In this document: piece after piece, positions 12,570 to 24,476 of the stretch
Layout of the letters: every line of letters begins with the position of its first letter
Position numbering within the stretch: position 1 is the stretch's first letter
Assembly (NCBI GenBank): GCA_030390025.1
Contig: JASTWF010000346.1
Location: 124,001-188,000, forward strand
Origin: Squalus acanthias
Taxonomy: Eukaryota
DNA: 64,000 nt
Direction: 5' to 3'
Notes under the pieces: generated by a model
Databases searched by the model: none
Told to the model about the DNA's origin: nothing
Seen by the model: only the letters and a program-made list of their open reading frames with translations
Program-made: the position numbers and the translations under genes

Positions 12570-13820
12570 TCCACTGTGACTGTGGTGCATTATCCCTCCT
12601 CAGTCTCTGCACAGCCTTTGACAAAATTGACCACACCATCCTCCTCCAACGTCTTTCCTCCGTTGTCCAGCTCAGTGGCATTGCCCTCACTTAGTTCCAC
12701 TCTTGTCTATCCAGTCTTGGCCAGAGCATCACTAGCAATGGCTTCTCTTCCCACCCCCGCACCATTACCGTGGCCCCCTCATCTTTCTCATCTACATGCT
12801 GTGCTTTGGTGACATCATCTGAAGACTTGTGGTCAGCTTCCACATGTACGCTGACGACTATTTTAACACCATCTTTCTCGACCAATGTTCCCTCTAATTT
12901 TTTTTACAAAATACTGCACATGCGCAGTTCTTGTATTAAAAAGCCGACAAGCCGACTGCGCGGGATCCCTGGAACATTGGTCTCGACCCCTCCATTACCT
13001 TTATGTTCTCAAACTGCTGGTCCGATATCCAGTCTTGGATGAAGCGTGATTTCCACCAGTTAAACATTGGGAAAACTGAAGTCATATCTTTGGGCCCTGC
13101 CACAAACTCTACCCTCACCACTGATTCCATCCCCCTCCTCGGCTGTTGTTTTAATCTAAACCAGACTTTTCACAATCTCTGCATCCTGTTCGACCCCAGG
13201 ATGAGCTTCGGACCCCTTATCCTCTCCATCAGAAATGCCACCTGCTCCCACCTCCATAACATCACCTGCCTCAGCGCCTCTGCTGCTGAAACCCTCATCC
13301 ATGCCCTTTGTGACCTCCAGACTCGACTCTTCCAGTGCTCTCCTGGCCAGCCTCTCATCCTCCACCCTCAGTAAATCTTAGCTCATCCCAAATCTGCTGC
13401 CTGTATTCTGTCCCTCTCGCCTATCACCTCTGTCCTCACTGACTTACATTGGTTCCCAGTCCCCAATGCCTCAGATTTAAAATTCTCAACTTCATGTTTA
13501 AATGCCTCAATAAACTCATCCCTCCCTATCTTTCTAACGTCAAGCCCTACAGACCCCTCCGAACTCTCTGTTCTTCTGACTCTTTCCTTTTGCACTTCCC
13601 TCTCTCTCTTTGCCCCACCATTGGCAGCTGTGCCTCAGCCATCTAGGCCCATGCTCTGGAATTCCTTACTTAAAGCCCTCTGCCTTTCCACCTCCCTCTC
13701 CTTCTTTACGACCTTTCATAAAACACTTTGTTCTAACCAAGCTTTGATCATCCTTCCTAATATCTCCTTCTTTGGCTTGGCATCCATTTTTGTCTGAATA
13801 CGCCTCTGTGAAGCACTTTG
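12570..13820 (+). mobile_element. Old L2 LINE 3' fragment
   Basis: Degenerate AFD-x-I-DH-x-ILL, YADD (tacgctgacgac at ~12847) and LNIGKTE motifs; pyrimidine-rich L2-like 3' region. Confidence 0.7.
12883..12979. mobile_element. hAT-type MITE nested in L2
   Basis: TIRs CAATGTTCC / GGAACATTG; TSD TTCTCGAC / GTCTCGAC (7 of 8 match). Confidence 0.7.
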
Positions 13821-14379
13821 CAAGTTGTTGCTGTTGAATGTGGCCTAGACAAATATAGTTTACAAACTTAGGCCCCAAAAATTTGCACGGTGCCATATCT
13901 CTGTACGTGTTGTGATGCACCAGCCCCTGACCCCTGCTGCTGATTACACCAAAATTCGCAGCATTAGGGGGAGGTCCCACAATTTAAATGGCTTTGGCCG
14001 GCTAGGGGCACATTTGGGGCACCCTGCCGGACAAAGAGGTCGGAAAGTGCGGGGGTGTTGGTCCCACCAGTCCCGGAATACAAGTGTTGGAGGACAGCTC
14101 AAAATATTTTTTTGGCTGCGCGAATGCCAATGTTGGAGACCCTACCCTTACAGAGGCAACCATATTAATAAACATCAGTGCCAATGTTTGAAGTGGGCAG
14201 AGGCTCCATCCCCAACAAGCCATTCAGCAAACTTCAGTGCTGGCATTTCTGGCTGGAAGTTACAGCAGGACTTTCCACCTCATGAACTTTTACTAATATT
14301 GGATATTCGAAAAGAATGATTTCCAGTGCATGTGTTGTAGATAATATCATTATCTAATTCACTGGTGTTTATTTTGCAG

Positions 14380-14499
14380 ATGATATCTTCCCTGCTTACC
14401 CTGACTGGCTCCTGCCATTGCTCCTGACTATTTGTTGTCTAATTGCAGCTATTTCTGCTGTGATTTATTGGAATGTGAAACAACATAGACGCATTAAAG
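14380..14499 (+). CDS. Butyrophilin-like gene, transmembrane exon
   Basis: ttttgcag|AT acceptor and AAAG|gtaaat donor; 120 nt, phase 1-1. Translates DDIFPAYPDWLLPLLLTICCLIAAISAVIYWNVKQHRRIK, a hydrophobic helix followed by a basic stop-transfer, in frame with IgC. Not in the ORF track. Confidence 0.9.
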
Positions 14500-16079
14500 G
14501 TAAATTCTCAATGTAACAGTGACAAAAGACAATATAGATACAGGCCTGGAAATCCCGTGGGCGTTCTCCCAGTCTCCCGCTGTAACTTCGGTGGATAACC
14601 AGAGGAATCCCTGGAGAAACGGCATAAAAACCATGTTCCACTGGGGGTTCTGCTGATCTTCCATCGAAGTTAAGTTGGGAGACAAGGAGAACCCTATGAA
14701 ATTTCAGGACCACGGGATTATACAAGCGAAATGTGGAAACAAGACCAGGTTTATTTCAATATTAAATGTGGGGGGTGGGAGTGAACATCGAAGTGAAAAA
14801 CAAAGGAATAGTTGCAACTCCCACTTGCCTGCTGAATAGAAAACTCTTCTCAATTTTCAGTATTTTTTAACAACTCTTTCAGACAGTTTGATTGCCTATT
14901 GAATATTCTGCGATTATGTCCCTCTTATTGTAAATATGTCTTTTACATTTTCTTGAGCAAATGTGCAGCAAGAATAATCTGGAATAATATGAACAAATGG
15001 AGCTCTGTTTCACCTTTTTGCTGTTGTATTAATTCAGGAAATTATTATTTTTGCCTCTGTATCAAGAAGATAGGGTAGATATTCTGAGTCCTTGTCCACC
15101 TCCAGCCAATATCAGAAAATCACTAAAGTAATAGATGGTAAATCTCTGGGTGAGGGTGCAGTTTCCTGATGAGCTCCAGAATTGGTGCACTGGAATATTG
15201 ACTTGTTCAGAACCCAGATCACGTTCCTTCTTAATCAAATCAATGGGAAAGAATATCAGACGGAGTGTAAGCGGGGCTGCGATTCGGTGCTGCCCGTTTT
15301 TTGCTACCGCCCAAAACCAATTTCACCCCCAGTATTTTAAATGTGACCAATTAAACAGTTAAAATGTACCTGTTTCAACTTGCAGTTATTTACCCTATAG
15401 ATAAATTCAGTACTCAATTTACATTATTGATAACTGCTTCACTTCAATTAGATACTTGGGTAACAGTCGGTAATCATGACCAAATCCTTTTCCTTTTCAA
15501 CCTTTGCAAGTAAACTTTTAACTTGTGTTGATTTGTTTAAAACAACTTCACAATTGCACAATATATTATAAAATAAGATCTATTCATGTTTCCCATTGCT
15601 GTGTACTTTGCCTTACATTTATCTACATTAAAATCACTCGGACTTTGAATACTAATTATCTTACACTGTACCCATAGCTTGGCATCAGCAATGTTATAAT
15701 ATTACATAAAGTGCCCTCTATATAGTTTCTGATTAGTGTGAAGAACAGGGAATCCAGAATGAACCCTTCCTAATTGTTACTTTTATTATTTTTGCTGTTA
15801 CTTCATTAATCCTTTCTCTTTACGAAGCTCCCAAAAATATTAACTGGCGGCTCATTTATTTTGTTGCTTATTTCCTTGTTGATTGTGAGGTGTATCACAT
15901 CTGGTCCATGTGCCCTGTCTGCATTTGACTCTTTGGATGTGGAATTTGTCCACACAGCCTTTGTAAGGATTGATATGGACAATGCATGCATCACATCTGC
16001 CATTTCTTGATACTCCATAATTTCTATTCACTTATCTTTTAAAGGTTCTGTTTGGTGTTTAACATCTACTTTTATCATT

Positions 16080-17890
16080 TAGAATCATAGAATGGTTACA
16101 GCACGGAAGAAGGCCATTCGGCCCATTGAGCCCGTACCGACTCCTTGCAAGAGCACCTCAGCTAGTCCCACTCCCCTGCCCTTTCCCCATAGCCCTGCAA
16201 TTTTTTTTCTTTCAGGTACTTATCCACCTCCCTTTTTAAAGCTGTGATTGAGTCTGCCTCCACCACCCTTTCAGGCAGTGCATTCCAGATCCTAACCACT
16301 TGCTGCGTAAAAAAGTTTTTTCCTATGTCACCTTTGGTTCTTTTGTCAATCACCTTAAATCTGTGTCCTCTGGTTCTCGACCCTTCTGCCAATGGGAACA
16401 GTTTCTCTCTATCTACTCTGTCCAGACTCCTCATGATTTTGAACACCTCTATCAAATCTCCCCTCAATCTTCTCTGCTCTAAGGAGAACAACCCCAGCTT
16501 CTCCAGTCTATTCACGTAAATGAAGTCTCTCATCCCTGGAATCATTCTCGTAAATCTTTTCTGCACCCTCTTCAAGGCCTTCACATACTTCCTAAAGTGC
16601 GGTGCCCAAAATTGAACACAATACTCCAGTTGAGGATGAACCAGAGTTTTGTACAGGTTCATCATAATTTCCACGCTTTTGTACTCTATACCTCTGTTCA
16701 TGAAGCCCAGGATCCCGTAAGCCTTTTTAACTGCTGTCTCAACCTGCCCTGCCAACTTCAATGATTTGTGCACATATACCCCCAGGTCTCTCTGTTCATG
16801 CACCCTCTTTAAGATTGTACCCTTTAGTTTATATTTCCTCTCCTCATTCTTTCTACCAAAATGTATCACTTTGCACTTTTTCATGTTAAATTTCATCTGC
16901 CACGTGTCCGCCCATTCTACCAGCCTGTCTATGTCCTCTTGAAGTCTATCACTATCCTCCTCACTGTTCACTATACTTCAAGTTTTGTGTCATCTGCAAA
17001 TTTTGAAATTGTGCCCTGTACACCCACATCCAAGTCATTAATATATATCAAGAAAAGCAGTGGTCCTAGCACCGACCTCAGGGGAACACCACTGTATACC
17101 TTCCTCCAGTCTGAAAAACAACCGTTCACCACTACTCTCTGTTTCCTATCATTTAGCCAATTTCGTATCCATGCTGCCACTGTTCCTTTTATTCCATGGC
17201 TTCAACTTTGCTGGTAAGTCTATTATGTGGCACTTTGTCGAACGCCTTTTGGAAGTCCCATGTACACCACATCAACCACATTGCCCTCATCAACCCTCTC
17301 TGCTATCTCATCAAAAAACACGATCAAGTTGGTTAAACACAATTTGCCTTTAACAAATCCGTGTTGGCTTTCCTTAATTAAACCACACTTGTCCAAGTGA
17401 CTGTTAATTTTGTCCCTGATTATTGTTTCAAAAAGCTTCCCCACTACTGAGGTTAAACTGACCGGCCTATACAAGGGTGTAACATTTGCAATTCTCCAGT
17501 CCTCTGGCACCACCCCTGTTTCTAAGGAGGATTGGAAGATTATGGCCAGTACCTCCGTGATTTCTTCCTTCACTTCCCTCAGCGTCCTAGGATGCAGCCC
17601 ATCCGGTCCTGGTGACTTATCTACTTTAAGTACAGCCAGCCTTTCTAGTATCTCCTCTTTATCATTTCCTATCCCATCCAGTAACTCCTCTACCTCCTCC
17701 TTCACTATATCTATGGCAGCATCTTCTTCCTTGGTGAAGACAGATGCAAAGTACTCATTTAGCACCTCAGCTATACTCTCTGCCTCCATGCGTAGGTCTC
17801 CTTTCTGGTCCCTAATCGGCCCCACCCCTTCTCTTACTACCCATTTACTATTTATATGTCTATAGAAGACTTTTAGATTCCCTTTTATGT
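16080..17890 (-). mobile_element. CR1 LINE, 5'-truncated, frameshifted RT
   Basis: ORFs 17223-17825, 16971-17180 and 16162-16971 are consecutive RT pieces (KFADDTK); tail at 16080. Confidence 0.9.
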
Positions 17891-17949
17891 TATTTCAGCA
17901 AAAGAGAGCCAAAGAAATTCTTTAACTATCTATACTCTGCTAATTCTAA

Positions 17950-18535
17950 TCTGTTACAAAACGCTAGTTAGGCCACAGCTGGAATACTATGTGCTGTTCT
18001 GGTCGCCACACTATAGGAAGGATGTGATTGCATTAGAGAGGGTGCAGAAGAGATTCACCTGGATGTTACCTGAGCTGGAGTGTTTCAGCTATGAAGAGAG
18101 ACTGGACAGGCTGGGGTTGTTTTCCTCAGAGCAGAGAAGGCTGAGGGGGGACCTGATTTGAGGTGTACAAAATTATGAGGGGCATAGATAGGGTAGATAG
18201 AAAGGAACTTTTCCCCTTAGTAGAGGGGTCAATAACCAGGGGGCATAGTTTCAAGGTAAGGGGCTGGAGGTTTAGAGGGGATTTGAGGAAAAACGTTTTC
18301 ACCCAGAGGGTGGTTGGAATGTTGAACTCAGTGCCTGAAAGGGCGGTAGAGGCAGGAACCCTCACAATATTCAAGAAGCATTTAGATGAGCACTTGAAAC
18401 GCCACAGCACACAAGGCTACGGACCAAGTGCTGGAAAATGGGATTAGAATAGACAGGGCTTGATGGCTGGCGCGGACACGATGGGCCGAAGGGCCTCTTT
18501 CTGTGCTGTATAACTCTATGACTATGACTCTATGT
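17950..18535 (+). mobile_element. CR1 LINE 3' fragment
   Basis: YKIMRGIDRVDRKELFP...FTQRVV; tail actctatgactatgactctatg. Confidence 0.85.
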
Positions 18536-19009
18536 TATCCTCATCTGACTCTTTTGTGACTCCCAGTTCTCATTATGTCTTGTTTCCTGCTGCCTTCATT
18601 TTATTTTCAATGAATGGCACACACCCTCTGTTTTCTTTCTGTTATATTTTTGGTTCCATAACAGCTCATGTTTCTTTGTATTTTTTGAAATAATTTAGCC
18701 AGTATGGCTTGGGTGTGCTATTCTAATTTTTTTCTTTGTAAGGATGTCCTTCCTTTCCACTCTCTTCAAGTAATTGTGTGCAAAAAAATTCTGTTGTTTA
18801 ATTTAATCTTCCACCTCCCACTTAATCCTCCCTAGAAATAAACCAATTACACAGTGTAGCACCACGTGAACTGTAGCATGGTCTATCACTTGAACACCTA
18901 AAGATGATAGAAGTGAATGTATGGCATACTGAGGTGAAAGTTATTTTCATTGAAAGATCATCATATCTATTCAAATTATTTCAATGAGAACATCTGATTA
19001 ATTAAGTCA

Positions 19010-20195
19010 AGGACTCTATTCCATTCTCCCAGTTTCTCTGTCTCCGTCGCATCTGTTCTGACAATGCCACCTTCCATACCAGTGTTTCTGATATATCTTC
19101 CTTTTTCCTCAACTGAGGTTTCCCCTCCACCATGGTTGACAGGGCCCTTGACCATGTCAGTTCCATTTTCCGCACTTCTGCTCTCACCCCTTCCCCTCCC
19201 TCCCAGAACCACGATAGGGTTCCCCTTGTCCTCACCTTCCACCCCACCAGCCTCCACCTTCAACGGATCACCCTCCGCTACCTCCAGCGTGATCCCACCA
19301 CCACACACATCTTCCCCCTCCCCTCCCCTTTCAGCATTCCAAAGGACCGCTCCCTCCGCATCACCCTGGTCCACTCCTCAATCACCCCTTCCCCTTCCCC
19401 TGGCACCTTCCCGTGCAAGCACAGGAGATGCAACACCTGCTCTTTTACCTCCTCCCTTCCCACCATCTAGTGTCCCAAACACTCCTTCCAAGTGAAACAG
19501 CGATTTACTTGTACTTCTTTCAATTTAGTATACTGTATTCGCTGCTCACGATGCGGTCTCCTCTACATTGGGGAGACTAAATGCAGATTGGGTGACCGCT
19601 TTGCGGAACACCTCCGTTCAGTCCGCAAGTGTGACACTGAGCTTCCGATCGCCTATCACTTTAATTCTCCGCTCCACTCCCACTCTGACCTCTCTGTCCT
19701 TGGCCTCCTACACTGTTCCAATAAAGCTCAATATAAGCTCGAGTAACAGCACCTCATCTTTCGATTAGGCATTTTACAGCCTTCTGGACTCAACATTGAG
19801 TTCAACAATTTCAGATCGTAACCTCTGCCCCCAATTTTGTGGACGGCAGCTGTCCCATTTACACCTCTTCTAGATTTATCTTTTGTTTCCTTACTTGTCC
19901 CAATACCACCCCCTCTTGCCTTGCACCATCATCCCTTTTGTCATTCAATCTGTCCTGCCTTTCACCCTATCATAGACCTTCCTTTTTGTTCTTTCCTCCC
20001 ATCCCCCCTTTTCTTGCCGCTATACTTGCTTAAAAATTTGTTACATATCTAACATTTTCCAGTTCTGATGAAAGGTCAGCGACCTGAAACATTAACTCTG
20101 TTTCTCTCTCCTCAGATGCTGCCTGACCTGCTGAGCATTTCCAGCATTTTCTGTTTTTATTTCAGATTTCCAGCATCCGCAGTATTTTGCTTTTG
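19010..20195 (+). mobile_element. Penelope-like element, 5'-truncated (GIY-YIG endonuclease region and pLTR)
   Basis: FTCTSFNLVYCIRCSRCGLLYIGETKCRLGDRFAEHL (GIY-YIG); flanked by a 15-bp direct repeat TGATTAATTAAGTCA (18995-19009 and 20196-20210). Confidence 0.9.
20061..20097 (+). ncRNA. Minimal type-I hammerhead ribozyme motif in the Penelope pLTR (probably decayed)
   Basis: AGTT-CTGATGA-A-AGGTC(AGC)GACCT-GAAA-C-ATT-AACT: conserved core, 5-bp stem II and 4-bp stem I (AGTT/AACT). Confidence 0.65.
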
Positions 20196-20254
20196 TGATT
20201 AATTAAGTCATAGTTTCTAATATTCATTTCAATGTTTTTGTTGTATCTTTCCAG

Positions 20255-20287
20255 AACTAGAACTCCAGAAATCTATCATAGAACTTG
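20255..20287 (+). CDS. Butyrophilin-like gene, 33-nt juxtamembrane (heptad) micro-exon
   Basis: Pyrimidine tract with ttccag|AA acceptor and CTTG|gtaaga donor; phase 1-1; ELELQKSIIEL. Short heptad exons are typical of BTN cytoplasmic linkers. Confidence 0.75.
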
Positions 20288-21029
20288 GTAAGAGTTTAAC
20301 ATTGAAATATTCGCTAACTATAAAGAATATTGGTTTTGGAGTAATTGCAAGTTTAATTAATTACATTTACATGTTTTATCTGTTAGGCTGTTATTTTTGC
20401 GTATTGATGGCATGGCTATACTTTAAGCCAAAGGCTCATAAACCGATCCCCTGCATATTCTTCGTGCACAATTCACTGTACCAGGATATCTTGGAATAGT
20501 CTTTGACATTTGATTTAAATACATTGGGAGGAATTTTCCAAAACCCTGTGCTGCCACAGGGGCCTCAGAAACAGCAGACGGACAGTCAGAAAATTGTGGG
20601 TGTCTTCCAACCTCAAAAAGCACGCTGCTTACCCGTGTCACATTTGTGTTTACCACACCGCAAATTCTTTTGAGCACTCAGACTTACATTGTTAATATAA
20701 TTTGTGCCAACCTGTCGGAACATTATGCTGTACAAACACACCCACTAGAAACTAGATTGAGATTGACCCAAAGTCGTTTCACATAGAACCATGATAGATA
20801 GTAGAGGGAGGAGACTTGCCTCCCATTAATCTAGCCAGATATCGTTCTCAGGTCCCAGAGTTAAAAGGATAAGAATAACCCACTGTGCCACCCACTGTAC
20901 CAGATAGACCAATCTTATGACAGGCCATAATATATTTTATTATTGTTTGCCTTTTGATTAAAGCTGTACTCCTTAGTTGCCTCAAAATATTTTCCTAATG
21001 TTTAGTTATATATATATAAAAAAAGAAAA

Positions 21030-24000
21030 ACTACTTCCATTTATGTAGCATCTTATATGTCCTCAGGATGTTCCAAAGCACTTCACAAGTATACAGATGT
21101 GACAGCCAATTTGTGCACACCAAGGTCCCATAAACAGCAATGAGACAAATGACCAGTTAATCTGTTTTTAATGGTGTTGATTGAGAAATAAATATTGGCC
21201 ATTGAACCAAGAGAATGCCCCTTCGAATAGTGCCATGGGCTCTGTTCTGTCCACTTGAACAGATTGATAGAACCTCAGCATAACATCTCATCTATAGAAA
21301 CATAGAAACATAGAAAATAGGTACAGGAGTAGACCATTCGGTCCTTCGAGCCTGCACCGCCATTCAATGCGTTCATGGCTGAACATGCTACCTCAGTACC
21401 CCATTCCTGCTTTCTCGCCATACCCCTTGATCCCCTTAGTTGTGAGTGTTATATCTAACTCCCTTTTGAATATATTTAGCGAACTGGCCTCAACAACCTT
21501 CTGTGGAAGAGAATTCCATAGATTCACCACTCTCTGGGTGAAGAAGTTCCTCCTCAGCTCAGTCCTAAATGGCTTCCCCTTAATCCTTAGACTGTGACCC
21601 CTGGTTCTAGTTTTCCCTACCATTGGGAACATTCTGCCCGCATCTAATTTGTCTAAACCAGTCAGGATTTTAAATGTCTCTATAAGATCCCCCCTCATTC
21701 TTCTGAACTCCAGAGGATACAAGTTCAGTTGACCCAATCTTTCTTGATATGTCAGTCCGGCCATCCCAGGAATCAATCTAGTGAACCTTCGCTGCACTCC
21801 CTCAATAGCAAGAATGTCCTTCCTTAAGTTAGGAGACCAAAACTGCGCACAATACTCCAGGTGTGGCCTCACCAAGGCCTTGCACATCTGCAGCATCACC
21901 TCCCTACTCCTGTACTCAAATCCCCTTACTATGAAGGCCATCATTCCGTTTGCTTTCTTGACTGCCTGCTGCACTTGCATTCCCACCTTCAATGACTGAT
22001 GTACCATGATGCCCAGGTCTCGTTGCACCTCCCCTTTCCCTAATCTGCCACCATTCAGGTAATAGTCCGCCTCTCTATTTTTACCACCAAAGTGGATAAC
22101 CTCACATTTATCCACATTGTACTTCATCTGCCATACATTTGCCCATTCACCCAACCTGTCCAAGTCACTCTGTAGCCTCCTAGCATCCTCCTCATTGTTC
22201 ACACTGCCTCCCAATTTAGTGTCATCCGCAAATTTGGAGATATTACATTTAATCCCTTCGTCCAAATCATTAATATATAATGTAAACAGCTGGGGTCCCA
22301 GCACCGAACCCTGCGGTACCCCGCTGGTCACTGCCTGCCATTCTGAAAAGTACCCATTTACTCCTACTCTTTGTTTCCTGTGTGCCAACCAGTTCTCAAT
22401 CCACGTCAACACATTACCCCCAATCCCATGTGCTTTAACTTTGCTCACCAATCTCTTGTGTGGGACCTTGTCGAAGGCCTTCTGAAAGTCCAAATACACC
22501 ACATCTACTGGTTCCCCCCTGTCCACCCTATTGGAAACATCCTCAAAAAATTCCAGAAGATTTGTCAAGCATGATTTCCCTTTCACAAATCCATGCTGAC
22601 TTGGACCTATCATGTCGCCACTTTCCAAATGGTCTGTTATGACATCTTTAATAATTGCTTCCATCATTTTACCCACGACCGATGTCAGGCTGACCGGTCT
22701 ATAATTCCCTGCTTTCTCCCTCCCTCCTTTTTTAAAAAGAGGGGTTACATTGGCCACCCTCCACTCCATCGGAACTGATCCAGAGTCTAAGGAATGTTGG
22801 AAAATGATCGTCAATGCATCCACTATTTCCAAGGCCACCTCCTTAAGTACTCTGGGATGCAGACCATCAGGCCCCGGGGATTTTTCAGCCTTCAGTCCCA
22901 TCAATTTCCCCAATACCTTTTCCCGACTAATAAGGATTTCCCTCAGCTCCTCCCTCTTACCAGATCCTCTGACCCCTTTTATTTCCGGCAGGTTGTGTGT
23001 GTCCTCCACAGTAAACACCGAACCAAAGTACTTGTTCAATTGATCTGCCATTTCCTTGTTCCCGACTGCAGGGGACCTACGTTTGTTTTTACTAACCTCT
23101 TTCTTTTTACATATTTATAGAAGCTTTTGCAGTCCATTTTAATGTTCTCTGCAAGCTTCCTTTCATATTTTATTTTCCCTGCCCTAATCAAACCCTTCGT
23201 CCTCCTCTGCTGAGTTTTGAAGTTCTCCCAGTCCCCGGGTTTGCTGCTACTTCTGGCCAATTTGTATGCAACTTCCTTGGTTTTAATACTATCCCTGATT
23301 TCCCTTGTTAGCCATGGTTGAGCCACCTTCCCTTTTTTATTTTTACGCCAGACCGGGATGTACAATTGTTGTAGTTCATCCATGCGATCTCTAAATGTCT
23401 GCCATTGCCCTTCCACTGATAGCCCCTTAAATATCGCTTGCCAATTTAACCTCGCCAATTCACGCCTCATACCCTCAAAGTTGCCCTTATTTAAGTTGTG
23501 GACCATGGTCTCTGACTTAACTGTTTCCTTCTCCATCCTAATGTAGAACTCCACCATACTATGGTCACTCTTCCCCAGGGGGCCTCGTACCACAAGATTG
23601 CTGATTAGTCCTTCCTCATTACACAACACCCAGTCCAGGATGGCCTCCCCTCGAGTTGGTTCCTCAACATATTGGTTTAGGAAACCATCCCTTAAACACT
23701 CCAGGAAATCCTCCTCCACCGTATTGCTTCCAGTTTGAGTAGCCCAATCTATATGCATATTAAAGTCACCCATGATAACTGCCGTGCCTTTTTTGCACGC
23801 ACCTCTGATTTCCTGTTTCATACCCTCCCCCACCTCACTACTGCTGTTTGGAGGTCTGTACACAACTCCCACTAACGTTTTCTGCCCTTTGGTGTTCTGC
23901 AGCTCAACCCATATTGATTCCACATCCTCCAAGCTGAAGTCCTTCCTAGCTATTGCATTAATCTCCTCTTTAACCAGCAATGCTACCCCACCCCCTTTTC

Positions 24001-24476
24001 CTTTTATTCTATCCTTTCTGAATGTTGAATACCCCTGGATGTTCAGTTCCCAGCCTTGATTGTTCTGGAGCCACGTCTCTGTAATCCCAATCACATCGTA
24101 TCCGTTAACATCTATTTGCACAGTCAATTCATCCACCTTATTACGGATACTCCTTGCATTAAGACACAGAGCCTTTAGGCTTGTTTTATTAACATCCTTT
24201 GTCCTTTTAGACTTATGATTTAGTATGGCCCTTTGTGTTTCTTGCCTTTGTTTACTCGGCCTTCCCCTATTGTTTCTCACCCTTCTAACATTTGTTTCTG
24301 ACTGCATATTACTTCCCCCTGTTTCGCTACATAGGTTCCCATAAACTGGCACTTCCAAAAATGCAGTGCTCCCTCAGTACTGCGCTGAAGTGTCAGCCTG
24401 GATACTGCGTTCAAGTCCTGGAGTGTGGATTGATCCACAACCTTTTGACTCGGGTTAGAGTGCTACCACAGAGCCA
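21030..24476 (-). mobile_element. tRNA-derived Deu-domain-type SINE split into 21030-21293 and ~24341-24476 by a CR1 insertion
   Basis: gaatagtgccatggg...taacatctcatct on the left continues as ggcacttcc...ctccctcagtactgc...gtgctaccacagagcca on the right, as recalled for SacSINE1/AmnSINE1-like elements. Confidence 0.6.
21294..24340 (-). mobile_element. Young CR1 LINE with nearly complete ORF2 (APE endonuclease + RT)
   Basis: ORFs 23036-24358 (LNARSIRNK, ITETW, YRPP, GDFN, SDH) and 21393-23051 (RT, KFADDTK) are separated by a single frameshift; (TTTCTATG)n tail at 21294-21317. Confidence 0.95.
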
